Assembly (NCBI GenBank): GCA_910592345.1
Contig: CAJVPI010000076.1
Span: 1-60,268, forward strand
Source: Paraglomus brasilianum
Lineage: Eukaryota
DNA: 60,268 nucleotides
Direction of reading: 5' to 3'
The translations under genes were made by a program, and so were the position numbers. Position 1 is the first letter of the stretch; each line of letters starts with the position of its first letter. This document shows, in pieces, positions 26,180 through 41,060 of the stretch. Below the pieces are notes generated by a model that saw only the letters and a list, made by a program, of their open reading frames with translations, was not told the origin of the DNA and made no database searches.

Positions 26180-29026
26180 TCTTACTGTGACAATATAAAG
26201 AGATTCTACTGACTCTTTATGAACAGTAACGGATCATGTAAAGATCTCTAAAGTATTACAAGAATGGCTTGACCAACGGTCCAGGCGAGTAGTAGAAATG
26301 AAACAAGGGATTATTGTGTAGAGCTTTTCTTTGAGATCCGTTGGATTAACATGTAAAAAGTCTTACTGTTCACGCCTCCTTCACCGTATCGACCGTCCCT
26401 ATAATTTATATAAATGAATCAAGTTTCACACAAATTATGATCTTCAAATTTTATCCTTAACCGGCCTTCGAACTATATAATTTCATATTTGCCAATAAAA
26501 TACGGGCGGGGGAGAATGAAGAAATGGATCGACAATTGTGTTATACATACAATGTGCACACTTTTTTTCCTTAAATTAACTTCATCGATGTTCCGAAATT
26601 GACATATTGGGCAAATTTTACCAATAACCGTATGTTGCAGATACTAAATTAGATCGTTTTTCCAATTCCGGTATAACGTATTTTGCCTGGTCCGATATAT
26701 ATGGAAATTTTAGCGCAGAGATCGATCCGAAACACCACACCGCACAAAATCGTCTGTATACGGTAACGATCTCCAATCACTAACTATCCCGAGTACTCAC
26801 ATTCATTAATCAATATTTCACTGGTGGTGTGTGTATGCTTTTCGCTGTATCAACCGATTATCTAATTACACAGAGACTAGAGAAAAAGATCGAAAACGGG
26901 AAGGTGACTAAACTAGTCACCGATGGTTACGCCATTCACGAAGGAGGGAGGGGAAGGGAAAGGGGAAAGGGGAGTTGCTATCTGTAAATGCGTACTACCA
27001 CAGGTTTAATATGACTATATTTACCGAGTAGATATGACGTAGACCTGATCTGAGTAAAGCAAGATTGAATTCTTTTTATAGAAACAACACCTTTCCTCAA
27101 GGACCATAACCAGCGAAAAACGCCTTAAAAAGTATCCAAAACACATTCTTCTGACCTCGATTTCCGGGATACTCAAACCATCAGCGGACTTTCCTTTTTA
27201 CCTTATGTATGATATTCCAAAAAGGTGCCTAATTTTCTCGACCCAGCATGTCAACAAGTATATCATGATTGACCTCGTTGATCTGCTTATGGACAAACAG
27301 TTGTTCAATGCGCATAGAATTGATATTGAGCATATGTATCCGGAGAATCAAACTCATGTTTTACGGTATTAGTACATATTGATATTGCCGTATATGAAAA
27401 TATACATGCACTCGTTACTTAATAAAGAATTAGACCTTTGTCATTAAATTTACTATTTATGTGTTTAATTAATGGAATTAAGTTCGAACCATCAGCTATC
27501 GAATGCACACGTTCCTGTGACTCGCTTCTGTCCTATGAAAAATGTTCTGTTAAAAACTTTTGTTACAAGTCTACGCTAAGACATCAAGTATTTCTATATG
27601 CGAATAATAGAGATTCTATGCAAGCAAACGCTTAGTGGTACTTTTTCATATTATATATAATATACCAAGATCTATATAATTTCGACTAACTGTAACTGTT
27701 CCTTTGTATCTGTTATGGGAGATAAGTTTGGCCGACTGTTTAATTTAATGTGCGATCCTCACCCCACCCCCACCCGTTTCAGAGTGGTAATGATCCCCAC
27801 TTAAACCAATACTGGCTGTTGTCCCCTGAATACGCCCAATCACGAAGAATATTAACTACAATAGATAAAAGGCCTGGGATAGTCACATGCTCGTCATCAT
27901 GCACTAATGACGATGACGAAATGAGTCGTTAATTTATGCATTCGTTCGAATCAATAAAGCAATGATTGAAATGACATCCCAAGATCATTTGAAATTACGG
28001 TAAAAAGTATGATCGTCACATACGTCTTTTAGATTGCAGGATCTGCATAGAACTCGCAATTTTGCATTTGGTGGTGTTGTCTGAAAAAGGCTTGAAAGAG
28101 ATTAGCCATTGGAGTAAGCGACGGCATTCGCGATCGATTCTTGAGCATTGCTTCTGTAATCGTCATCGTTAATGATGATTGCCATCACAATTAAAGAACG
28201 CGAGCTGCCTATGCTTGAGTTACTTGTCGTGGGATTTTCATTTCTAGATCGATTTAATTTCAGCATTTAGAGGAAGCATTCAATACAATTAATTTACTGC
28301 TTAGCTCAATAATTCGAATGTCAGAAATTACGACCTTGGTTTGTGTATTTCTAAATAATTTAACTTATGAAAGCCGTCCTCTTGTACGTGGAGCAAAATT
28401 TAAGTCTAACTAGTTAAAAATAAGTTTTGGCAAATTTAATAATTATTGCATGTTAATGTAGACTCTGTAAGCGCATCAGAACTAACAAATGTAGTTGTAT
28501 AATCTATTTAATGAACATAGCCTTTAAGTATTTTTACAAAACATATTCACAAAATTTAAAGTTTGCTTATCGTTTATCAGTTGACATGGTTTAATTTGGA
28601 GGAACTTTTTTTGAACCTTTTGTTTTGTTTTTATTTTTTTTTGAACCTATCACTCTTATGACTTGGAAAAGTTTTGTAACCAGTAAATGACTATTCACGG
28701 CTACTATTATTATATTCAGAATTGCTTCTTTTGAGCGAATTTATTCTTACTGACTTTTACATAGCTCCATTCTTGTCAATAATCTCCAGGGAATCTTTTG
28801 CTATATTTAGCAATTTTGCTCTTTTTTTTTTTTTTTGAGAGAGATATTTTCACCATAAAAAAGACTAAGATGCATTTAGTCTTAATATTAATGCAGGTAA
28901 ATGCATATTAATATAAAACTGTTATTCAATGTATGCACAGCATTCTGCCGTTCTAAACCTAACTTTACAAACGTTAGCCGAGAAAATCACGTTGCTAAAG
29001 GAATCACCGAATGCTTCTAAATGTGA

Positions 29027-29136
29027 TGTAGGTAAACTCGATAATCTCTCTGCCCCATATTTAAAATCCGCTCGATAAGTCGGATTTCTTGATAAGTCGG
29101 ACAGCCATGCCCAGCAAGTTATCGAGTTTACCTACG
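29027..29136. mobile_element. Small MITE (~110 bp)
   Basis: 17-bp inverted repeat gtaggtaaactcgataa (29028-29044) / ttatcgagtttacctac (29119-29135), followed by TA; the internal gataagtcgg motifs also occur at ~10455. Confidence 0.7.
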
Positions 29137-30273
29137 TATTAGAAAATTTTTTACCTAAACATGAGACATCAAACCCTTTCACTCACTTTGCATTCTTTTT
29201 TAGGTGTGCATGCCCTTTTTTTTTCTTTTCTTTTTTTCTTTTTTTTTTTTAATTTTTTTTTACTAAAGAGCTTTCGAACTACAGATAGAAACATGAATAG
29301 ATTCTGCATTATTACATTCTCGTCGTTGTTTCAAAGTTTAATTGCGGGTTCGTTTGCCAAGACAATCACGTTTAGGGAGAACTGTATGAATTAAGAATAT
29401 ATTAGTCCCGTCTGTCATTGCATAAAAATAGAAGGGCTAAATATGATGCCGAAAAAAGGCATTATTTGAGCAATGAACGATTTGTATCACAAATGAATTC
29501 TACCACAATTTTACGCCTTTCGTTTATCGATCTGCTAGGTCAAATAATTGCACGTAAAGAGAATTCTCATATCGATATTGGAATTTCCTCTACATACAGT
29601 TTAAGTGTTTATGGGAATTACCCCCTGTAAAACGACATATTGTAGAAGTTAAAGCACATTGCAATTAAGCCTCCGAGAATAGTTGCACAAAAGTAACTTT
29701 CCAGGAAAGAGATTGTTTTAGTAAACCAAGTGTTTGGGAGTAAGCGCTGATATTGAAAACAACAATTATATCTTTTTTCTGCTTGAATTTTTGGTAAATA
29801 AAATAGTATTGTAGAATTCGTAGCGTTCAGGAATTTTTTACAAGTTTACATAATCTACACGCTATTGCAGAGCTTTTTTAACTTTTTGTATCAAAAATGC
29901 CGTCTTACTGATACAGGACTCTGAATCGGTCGGATCATACCGAAAATTCAAAGATAATCGTGATGCAATATAAATATTGTGCAACATCAGCGTTCGCAAC
30001 TTTTTTTTTTTCTCAACACTTTATTAACATCTAGCAAGTCGTTTGTGATTTGGAATTGTTGTCAAGAACTGAATAAATTCAGAAATTTAGCATGCTGTAT
30101 TAAAAACATAGGCAATATCCAGTGCAATTTCAAATTACAACAGCAATTCACTCTTCACAAATTTCTGAACCTAATATTTCGATGCCAATATATCCAAAGA
30201 CTATGTTTATCCTTTATAGCAAAGTCAGATCAGAATGTTCTTAGATCTTCCTTATATTAAATACCCGGTAAAA

Positions 30274-33244
30274 TTATTCTGGTAATTCAAACGTAGAATA
30301 ACACATTTCACCCGTTCGTTTGTTAATCGCAATCGCTTTAACTTCTGATGTTCCAAAAGTTAGTGAGAAATCAACCGGTCTATTTAATCCAAGACGGACA
30401 TCTTGCAGTTGCTGCAAAATCAGAATATTGGAAATTAGGCAAATGAAAAACAATTTAAACAGTCAGTAATGGACAGTGCGCCCTGACCGCCATTACGACC
30501 ACAACCCTTCTCGAAAGGGAAAAAAAAAAAAAGACACATACCACGGCCCATTTTCCGAGCAAATGCATGCCCTCATCATCAACAAATTCTGCATCATACG
30601 CACTTGTGTAATACAGGTTGAATGGCAGTCTCGTTTGATTCGGATTAACCGGACCAAATGTATCGGTAAACTTGTTAACGACATCAATTTGCGTGCCACG
30701 ACGTGCAAGACAACAGAACCGGATTATGCGATTAGACGGAGTGCGACGATTGGGCGGGTCACCTGGTTTCCATTCGGAGGATATTTCAGTGCCGTAAGTG
30801 TATTTCAACATCCGGTTTTGTACAGTACGGTTTATTCCGTAGTATGGGGAGGCCTCGTTTGTCTCGATGTTCAGGCCTTTTAGAATAAAACGGGGCATTA
30901 CACGGTGGATAAGATTGGGTGGATAAGATTGGGTGAGTATTTGTACCAAAAATGAAGCAAGAATAGTAATATAAAATACTACATACCGTACATGGCAGCA
31001 CCACGGACTATTGCACTCATGGGATTGACAGGTACCGCAATAGTTCGTCCAGGTTTAGAGTATGTTTCTTTAATGCGACTCTGAACATACCGATTTTCAC
31101 TAAAGCCTCCAACCAGAAATACTGCAGATACTTCTTTGGTTGCACTCTCTAATTGATCGCTGTTATACCAATTGATAAGCAGGAATACGTTCTTAAATAC
31201 ACATGCAAATATCACATAACAATACAACAGAGATACCAAAATGCAATGCAACCTACCCAACCAGTCGAATGATCTGGTCGATGGCACCATCAAACATTGC
31301 TTTCACATCTTCGAAATTAATGACAATCACCCAATCGTATCCCTCCAGTTCCGATGCGTATTCGTCCGGAACATATTTTTTCAAAATCGGAAGCGTCTCT
31401 TCGATATCTATCTCAAAACTCTCGTGTTCGTTGAAATCTTCCTCCTTGCCTGTGAAGGCATATTTTACCGGCCAAAACATTGTTTCGAGGAAATATTTTG
31501 TCGCGCTGGAATGCACCTCGCGAGCTTTGTCCATCGTCTCCCAAGGGATGAAGAGTTTGTTGGCGATGTATTTGAAAAAAGCAAGGTCAACAAAACTGCC
31601 GCCGCAGCAGGCACCCTTGGACTCGGTTATTTCTCCCAGAGTCTTTTCCGTGAGAAGCTCGCGCGTTGTTAGATCTACAGTACCTCCACCGCAGTCTACA
31701 ACCATGAATGCATCTGTGTGATGTGTGAATAGGTTGGTCGTTGGCATAATTTAGAGGGAAAAGCAAGGATTATGAATTTATATCGTGCGAATATTGCAAG
31801 TGCTGATCGTATATCACCTTGCGGCGAATAACACATAAAACACGTAATGGTACACATTAAATGCACTAACCTCCTACTTTCAGTTGGTATTCTTTACAAA
31901 ATTCCATGCAATATATCGCGGCAGCTTCGGCTAAACAATGAAAAGCTCACACGATAAATCAAAAGTACTTATTTTCTCACGAAAAACAAACTCGACACAC
32001 GTTCAACTCACGCTCAGTAGTAAATTCCAAATTAGAAGTAAATAATCTATCTATTAACCCAGCATCAAGGCAGCACTGTCTCATTGTGTTCTTTGTTGGT
32101 GGACCCCCTAAGGTAAGAAATTTGAAAGAGTATGAAGGGGGCGAATCTGTAGGCCAGAGCGGAAAAAAAAAAGTACACAAGAAAACGTCGACTTACATTC
32201 TGCTGGGATTGAAAGGATTAGCTTCACTTGTGAGGGAAATTTTAATCCTGTTCGACAGATAGGTTTGTTAGTACACCGAGTGTTTGTAAAATTTGGTAAT
32301 ATAAAAAGTCTTACCAGGCCATCGGGCGTCTAGTTTGCTTACAATCTCCTACAAAAGTAAATCATTTGCTTCCATGAATAACAAATCGACTCTTTTGTTT
32401 CTAGCTTGGTGTCATTGCTACGACCAACAGTTCAATACTTGTTCGTATCCTTTTTTTTTTTTTTTTTTTTGCCCACATTATAAAACTCAAAGGCTACGAT
32501 CTCGCATTAAACACTTTTCCCCCTCTCCCCATTCAGAACCCTTTCGCTCACCTTTTTCAGATGTTTAAAAAAGTCTGTAATTGCTTGCTCAAATTTCAGG
32601 CCTTCCGGCAGCTTTCTTCTATTTCCCTCACCCCCGGGTGACATGTACAATTTGAACAGTTCTACCATGTGCAGATGTCCATCATCGCTTCTTCTTCCGG
32701 CGCGGCCACCACGGTTTCCTCGTGCGATGGTCGAAAAGCCCCATTTGACAGCGTTTAAATCGGCATCGTACTGTAAAATCGTTGGAGCCTTGACCCACGG
32801 TTCGCGCAAACCTGTACGCGGCCTGTGAGGGGAGAAAAAGTGGAGGGGATTAAGTATGGCCGGTGATTATTTAATATATTCGGTCGTAAGACTTACCAGT
32901 CTTGATTTAATTCAATATCTCGAAATTCTCCGTCTTTGTGGACAAATGTAAATCCTTAATAGGGATATTTAGAACGACTGTTATATTAAGAATAGGATTC
33001 CGAATACATATAATACATGTAGCGTGAGAAAATACCAGAAAAAGTTGTCCCAAAGTCTAGAATTGTTGAGAAAGAGATAGAGAGAGAGGTAGAAATGGCG
33101 AGTGTTTTTAGTATATACTGCTTGCTTACTGCCAACGACAAGCTAAATGTTCTTTTCGGAGCAACCCGCACAGTGCGAGACGCACTGACCCTCTTTTCAA
33201 TACATACCAATGGCTAAAATCACGCGTATGTCTTGATCATTCAT
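30274..33244 (-). CDS. Hsp70-superfamily actin-like ATPase (HSPA12-type), multi-exon
   Basis: MNDQDIRVILAI/DFGTTFSG; KAPTILQYD; LEFTTE/PEAAAIYC; FMVVDCGGGTVDLT; CGGSFVD; FLVGGFSENRYVQ; AIVRGAAMYG; last exon ends FELPE*. Confidence 0.9.
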
Positions 33245-34094
33245 GTCTAAAAGCTTGGAAAAAAGGCTGCTCTATTACAACTATACAGGTCGAACAAGAA
33301 GAGCTTGCTAAAGGGGGACAAATGGTTTAATATATTCGTGTTTGGGAACTGGGCAAGCAAAGTGGGCGTTCTTTAATGTTAGCTGCGGCTCATGGGAACG
33401 CCCTGAAGACTCCGGAATATATGACATTGTTGACCCGGAATGGGATTAGTTTCTTGTGACGTCATCCATGAAAGCCTAGTACTAGTCCCGATGGTTGCGG
33501 TTAATTCGTTACGTTTGTGTTTTTACATCTTTATATTTTATTTATAATTAATAATATGCATTTGTATATAATATCTTAGTACGAATACATTCAGTATAGT
33601 TATGTACAAACTAATTACAAAGTAAGGTCAACCGAGCTATAAAGAATTATATGTAACTAGCTGGTTAGAACTCTTCATACTAATAAACTAGGTAACAACT
33701 TTACAATAATATAATAAATATTGTCCAGTAGCAGAAGGGGGAGACAACCAAACAAACAAATAAACAAACCATCCGTCAGAGCGAAAAAAGAAAGTCGACA
33801 CTCAAAAATTCTACTTCAGAGCAAACTGCAGACGTTGATTTTCCCTCGTTTTGGAACTGACAGAGTTGCTCAAAGAATTGCCTTTCTCTCGCTTGTTTGT
33901 TTTTTTCGTGTTTCACACAAGTTTGAGAAAATCCTCCCACTCCCAATTCCCTTTCCCTATTCCTTTTTCCTTTTCCTTTCCCTTTCCCTTTCCTTTTCCT
34001 TTTCTTTCCCATTCCCATTACTTTGCTCCCCACTTCCCTCTCATTGTTCATGTGGTCTGATAAAAAAGATCGAGCTTCCTCTTTGCGGCCAAGA

Positions 34095-35514
34095 CTAGAA
34101 ATATACAAATCCCTTCTGCAAAGCCGCATTAGGACCGCTACTTAATTTCGGAATCATGTTCTTTTTGACTTTTTTACAATATATTCTATACGATCTGACT
34201 GAATTTTTGTTCTCGTCGACTTCGCGGAGAGAATTTTCAAGAGTAGCCTCGTATTCTTCGAGGTTGGTATGGAGGATTTCGCTTAGTGCTGGGATACAGG
34301 ATTTGGCATAACGGCGGATGTTTTGGCTCATCTATGTATTGGAAATGGAAACTGTTGGTTATCTACGACTCGTAATGTTGACGAAACTTTCTTGTTAAAT
34401 CCTCCATATCTCAACCAACATACCCGTTCTCCAAGAGCGCCTCCCCAAGCCCCGACTGCAGTACTTCGCTCTTCTTTACATATGTCTGTGAGTTTATCGG
34501 ATGATTTCAAACATTGCTCGAGATTTTGTTCGATATTGGGACTGAGATTGCGAGAAGCAAAGAGGGCGTCATCTGGTGGGAATTCAAAGTTGGATTGTTA
34601 GTTGCTTGGGTCAGTATCCGCTTATGTAAAATAACCCACGTTCCGTACTACCCATCCCCAATCTCCCATTAATACTCACTAGCTTCAAACAACTTTTCTG
34701 TACTCTCTCCTGCATTTTCCCATGTATTACTTAGTTCCATAATCTCGATCCATCCCCCAGTCTTGACGACTCGCACCAGTTCGGGGATAACCAAATCCTC
34801 CCACTGTCTCTCTGTTAATCCCAAGTTCATAAATCTGATATGAACAAAGTCAAACGTGTCGCCAGGAAATGGAAGACCATTGAGAATGTTGCATTGGAGA
34901 AACCCGGCATTGTGCGGTTTGGTCGAATCGGGGGGGAATATGGAAGCAATGTCGACCCCGATAAAGGTGGATTGGGGGTACAGATTAGCCATCTCGAGGA
35001 TCCATGTCCCTGAACCACAGCTGCAGTAAACAAGCGGGAAAAGGTAAAAGCGAAGAAGGTAAAAGGGGGGATGATTAAAAGATAGTTGTCATACGTTTAT
35101 AGTGAATAAGGAAGAGATTAGAAAAAAGAATTTTGGATCACACAAAGAATTGTCTTTATTCCTTCTTGTTGCACAAGTACGACTCGAAACGGCACAAGAA
35201 TAACAATCAACAACAATCAGTTTCTCTACTCACCCGACATCCAAAATTCTGGTTCCCTTGACGAACAGCGACTCCTCAACTGGAGCAGAGAAATTGCTTC
35301 TCCATGTGTATCGGGTCAAATAATGTAGCATGTGCCATCGTTCTATTTCCTCCTCGTCGTTGGGGAGAAAGTATGGGATGTTGTCGCCAACGTAGAAGCG
35401 CCGGTCTTTGATGTATCTGTAATCTTCAAGTGAGAGGTTGGATGTCTGGCTCAGGTCGAGGGTTGGGAAGGTGTAACTCGTCGGCGATGTTGAATAGACT
35501 TGTGTTGTGGGCAT
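34095..35514 (-). CDS. Class I SAM-dependent methyltransferase (LaeA-like), 4 exons
   Basis: YFLPNDEEEIERW...RILDVG/CGSGTWILEMA...FIGVDI...LPFPGDTFDFVHIR...ELVRVVKTGGWIE; exons join in frame to the stop at 34095. Confidence 0.9.
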
Positions 35515-38500
35515 GTTGATGCGGCTTTTTGTACAAAAAAGATGAGTAATATATGAGTTTTTGTCCTTTGTAATAAGCTGTCAAAAACTGAAGAGGGCGT
35601 AAAATTGCGGCAAATTTGAAAGGAGCGTTGTTGGATTTATATTTAAAAATGCATTCTTATCATTTTCTGTTACACCCGATTAGATGTACGGGTACATACA
35701 AATTGTCAAATATGGTTAGATTTGGTTTGCGTGTAACATCGACGTGTTGATGTTTTCTTATCTCTGTACCACTGAATAATTATTTACAACATGACATGTA
35801 TTAATGTAAATGTCTTTACGACATGACCAAATCGCTCACATTTCACTTTACGTGTTTCTTTTCATCACATCTATGCCATTTTGATGTCTTTATGGGGATA
35901 TTTTCGTCAACAAGCTTGGATTTTGCAATCTCTACGGATATATTCCGATCCTAAGGGGAAGTGCATTGTGCGGATGATTTCTATGCACGCTTGTAAAAAA
36001 TAAACGAATTTTGATAGAATTGGCAAATCGTATATTATATGTAAATAAACAATTTACACCAATTTACAATGATATACAAATATTCGTATCATATCGATAG
36101 AGATATTGATTGTTTGGGTAATTCTATTCGTCGATCAGTGACATGAAACGTAATATTCCGATTTGTAGTGCAACAAATGAACATTAAACATCACCAAAAA
36201 CAACTTCCAGAATCGTTCTTAGAACAAAACGAACTCGGATGGAAAAAAAAACTTGTCTCTTTTCAGGTTTCTGTCAATGAACAAGTTAAGACTAAGGCGC
36301 AATGAGAAGAGTTCTTGTAACACGAAAAGACCGGGATTTTTTAATCAGGAGGGAAAAACCTTATTGCAGACTTCACATTATTGGGCGTTCTGCCTGCATA
36401 TTTTAAACACATTCGTGCATACACATACATGTATGTTCTTGTCAATGTGATTCGACGATGCCTTTATCAATGTCCTTAATTATATTTTAATCCTTTGGAA
36501 TCAAGATTAGGGAGAGCGGTCAAGCTCTGTAAATCGTAAACTATTTGAAAAATGTCTCGCCATATCCCTGGCGTTTGTTGCGAGAATAGGCTAAACTGCT
36601 TGCCTATTTCAGAGTCTATGTATCTTTTTTCTTTTATTCTCAGAAGTTAGGAAAGTTTAGCCAAATGGGCTATTGTGATATTTCCATAGAAGGAATATCA
36701 CGTACTTGCCTAACATGTCATAATTGGCTGATTTAATGACCATCAATCCATGCTGGTCACACTGCATTTTTGTTTGTACGCACGAATTTGATAAGAAAAA
36801 GAGATCAAAGTTCTTTGATACTGGATTACGGGTAATAAAATAAATCTATCTCGTACACTAACCTCCATCAAATTGTGACTCTCCATCATTCGCTTCTTTA
36901 TGACTTTTCATCTCCTTGATTTTTTGACTTATCTTATCGGTCCTGTGATCATGCATGAACCCTCCACACACTGATAATCAATAGGTCACTTGATTCCAGG
37001 GGAATCATCTGACATTGTCACATGAAAAGCTTATCCGCAAAGACAAAAGTAGTAGTAGTTTAACACTTTTATGCATGAAGGAAAAGACCGCACACTACCG
37101 AAAAAATGAAAATGGAATGCAAGCAAGAAAGTCGAATGACTTGTATCTGTTGACAACAGTTATATGACCACTCGGAACTTGGCATGTCGTATATCGTATA
37201 TAGCCCATGCATTCACGATTCTTCTTTGCAGAAGCCACAACTTTGGTTGGCAAGCCAAGGCTGAAAGTACAAACCAATCGTAAACTCAGTCGTGCGGCTA
37301 CACTTGTCTACGCACATGCTTTCGTTGTAAATTTTACTTGATCAATAAAATATCAGTGTTTAATAAACAGTGATGCAAGAGACAACGTACATTGTTCGTG
37401 GATGTTCTCAATTGGTAACCGCATTTGCTTTGCTTATTATTATGCCAGACGTTCTTATTCACAGGACAGGGTAGTCGTTCATTCTTGTATCTCGAATTAA
37501 CGTATCGCTTGATTCACCCATAATTAGGTCTGGGTTGTGAATATTCATTCTCTCATGACCGATCCGTCACTTGCAATGCAATGCTTCGCATGAGCGCTGA
37601 TAACCGGTAATGCCTAAAATAAAAAGATTCATTATATTTATTTTTGAGTAATGTATTTCCTCATTAGACAACTGGTATACGATAACCTTATAATGATTTC
37701 CATTTTTCGTACGATAATGATGTTTAATCAAGATTAGCTAAATCCGTCCTCTGACTAATAATGATTTTATTCATGACAAATTTCAAAGTCACATTTGCCA
37801 TGTCGGCGGATTATTTATCCAAATTCGTAAATAGTGTTTATTTGCAATAGAATCTTTGCATATTATCCATCATGCAAATGCTTATCTTTAAGCACGTTAT
37901 TACATCTGCTAACCAGGATTAGATATGTGGACGTTCAAAATGTAAATCAATCTAATTACTAATTTAACTACTTCATTACAATGCTGTATCTTGTGATATA
38001 ACCTCAGTTACGTACGTAGTACAGGACGCGCTCTTTGATTCTCTCAAAGAAATGTCTTGGTGGGAATGTAATATGGCTTGTGTTGTTAACTAATACTTGA
38101 TAAAATAATTGTTATCTACTGCACAAGATCTGCTGAATATTTGAATACTAATACAAAGCCATTAAGTCATTTCTATATAATTGACGAGTGAGGCAGTAAA
38201 CGACGTTTGCTCGAATAGTAATGCATCTCTACACTTGGGCGAGCGAGAGCCGTCTCCCAGTCTTCTAACATAAACAGCATTGCTTCCACATATTTTAGTT
38301 CTTTTTATTATGAATCTGTTCAGTAAACTTTTGTCTCTACGTCGTTTGAATGCTGATTGCTCCAAGCACGTAAAGGAACGTCATCTTGCGAGAGACTTCT
38401 TTGGATATAAAGCTTTTTAATGTCGCGTCTTTACCACTCTGTAAAAGATGTTGTTACTTTAAACAAACCGCTCATGATCGCTCTGCTCTAGTAAACGTGG

Positions 38501-38841
38501 TACACTAATTAATAGCTTCATAGTCGAGGATTCAGATTATCGACGGTAAAACCATTAAGCATCTGAGGCGACCCAGGATCATTAAAGAACTTGAATCATT
38601 TGTCAGCAGAAACGACTGCATAAAATTCGTACTACCACCAGTAATTGCTGTTGAGTAAGTTTGATTTACTCGCTTGCTGATGTATATTGATAACGTGTTA
38701 TGATGAATTAATTTATGTAGTGCAAACTGCTCAAGAATAATAAATATGAATCGCATGCTATTTGTTGTACATCTTTTCTCAGAAAAATTGCGTTCGTTTA
38801 CTGCATTAAATATTATCCCACTATAACAATATATGACTCGT

Positions 38842-41060
38842 TCATTTTTCCTTCTCTTCGTCACGTGTAAATCTATCTTCCAGGAACCACCATAATACAC
38901 CAGTCAGCACCACAAATCCGAGACTACTACCGAAAACGGCATAAGTGTTGACATAATTGGTTGGGCATTGCAAAGCTGTTGCATTCGTTGCAGTTGCTGG
39001 CGGAGGTCTGTATGCCTTTGGCACCCACGCGAGAACAACAATTAAGAATGCAAACAGAATGAAAAGTATCACGGCAAATAAAGGTGCCCTGTATGAACGT
39101 CTCTCTCTCTCTCTCTTTCGTAATACCTGTTTCAAAATGTAGACATTTCATTAACATGAAAAGTATAAACGTTATGTAATTAGTAATAATACACATACCA
39201 ATGCACCAATAGCTGTGAGGAGGAGGAAAAAGTACGCTGAGTATTGCTCGAGCTCGGCTAGAAACTCAAACGGACTGCTGCCGGGAACTATCAGGGTCAG
39301 AATGGAGCACCACGCAAAGAGCGCTATAAACGAATTTACGGGCGTCCCTAGTCGAGCATTCCAAGTTGACAGCCACGTTGAAATAAACGGGACATAGTTG
39401 TGCTGGCCTGCTAACTCTATTACCCTTGAAGCACTAAGATAGACGTATTATAAGTTATATAGTATGTATAATAACAACTCGATCTATTACCTTTGCATCA
39501 ACACGGCAGCAGCACCAAAGGCACTGAGAGCAATGAAAAAGGCCAACGCTCGCACTGCTTTGTCTGTGGCGTCTGGATTATCAATCTCATCGTTGACATG
39601 GCTGATTTGGGTGGCAAAATAAATGCCTATAATTTCGTTAGGATCCGACCCCGTGTTTCCGGTTATGGTGCTAACGTTCAGTACCGCCGTGTAAGCAAAA
39701 TTGGCCAGCAGATCTGTTCGATGCAAGTTGGCGATGAGCGCGTTTTAGTTTGGACAAGAGCAGTGTCGATTAACCGAAATTACTTACACAATATAGTGAC
39801 TATCCCGACTGCTCCTGTATTACTTATCAGAAGGTTCATATAAGAACCTCCCATCTCATATTCCTCAGTGAGGTCTGGAGAAAATGTTGTTAAATATGCA
39901 GGTCACGAAAAAACCACATCTATTCTCTTTAATTTGATGCTTACAGTTAAGATTGTTCCAACCCGAGTACGCAAACAGAATCGTCAGCATTGCAGTTATG
40001 TATCTTTGAATCCATTCCGTAGCGCTGACATTCTCATAGAAAGAAGGATCTGCCGGAGAAAACATATCCCAGTTTCTGTTTTCATTGCTCGCTCTCTCTG
40101 CTAACGCTTTTGCAAAAGACAATCCAAGTATGACAACAGTCAATACAGTCAAGACTTTTATCATCGCCAAGGCCTGGTTGATCCTATTCGACCATTTGTT
40201 GGAGAGCGAATGGTACAAGGCTATCACCGCTAAAATTGCGATGGTAACTAACCTAAGTCTCCTATATAATAAAACAAGAAATAAGCAAATCGCGAATATT
40301 CCCATTTAAAATAAATCGTGGCATTTATTACCAAAAGTGGCGTCCGTTAAAATATTGAGGGTGGAAATCATAGTATAAATCGCATCCGTCGCTGCCATTC
40401 AATCCCAGCGCAAATAACAAGTACTGGGCACAAACATTTGCTACCGCCGATATTCCGGCAGGTCGAATTATCCTAAAAGCGACAGTCAAATATCCCATCT
40501 TTTATCTACGCAAAAACCCGATCGATTGTTTTCTTGTACTCACGTGATGTACACCATGGTAAACGAGTAACTGAGGAGCAGGCGGGGCTTTGGGAAACTG
40601 TGTTCCAAATAAGTCGTCTCACCAGCACCGATGTGAAACTGACTTCCGAGCTGCGTAAAGTCGATTAATATAGCATATGTCAAATTTTTATAATTTAATC
40701 GATTGATGTTTTACTGTTACTACCTCTGTGTACGTTAAAGTTCCACAGAGACTCGCAAAACCCCCAATTGCCCATAAAATAAGGGCAATCCAGGGAGAGC
40801 CCACATTGCGCCACACGCTGCCTAGAATAGAACGGTAAATGATGACAACGTTTATGACATGTAAATACCAAGTTTTCTTACCAGGAGATGAAAAAATTCC
40901 TATTGAAACGAAAATCTCTTAGTCACAGTGTAGAGCCATAACAAACTGCATACGTACGTACGTACCAGCACCGATCATATTGTTTATGTTATTCCCTAAA
41001 CCACCTGCTACTCCAATAAACTTTTTCCCGTCTATCCATTGCAGAAAGTCAAATTTCTGG
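38842..41060 (-). CDS. APC-superfamily amino-acid permease (LAT/methionine permease-like); 5' end unresolved
   Basis: NNMIGAG/IFSSPG/SVWRNVGSP..LILWAIGG..TYTE/LGS; AMLTILFAYSGWNNLN/YLTEE; ANFAY; TPVNS; exons join in frame to the stop at 38842. Confidence 0.88.

Noticed and set aside
33721..34129. ORFs rich in KGKG/FPFP
   Set aside because: Arise from a pyrimidine tract (cctttt/cccttt) downstream of the methyltransferase stop codon.
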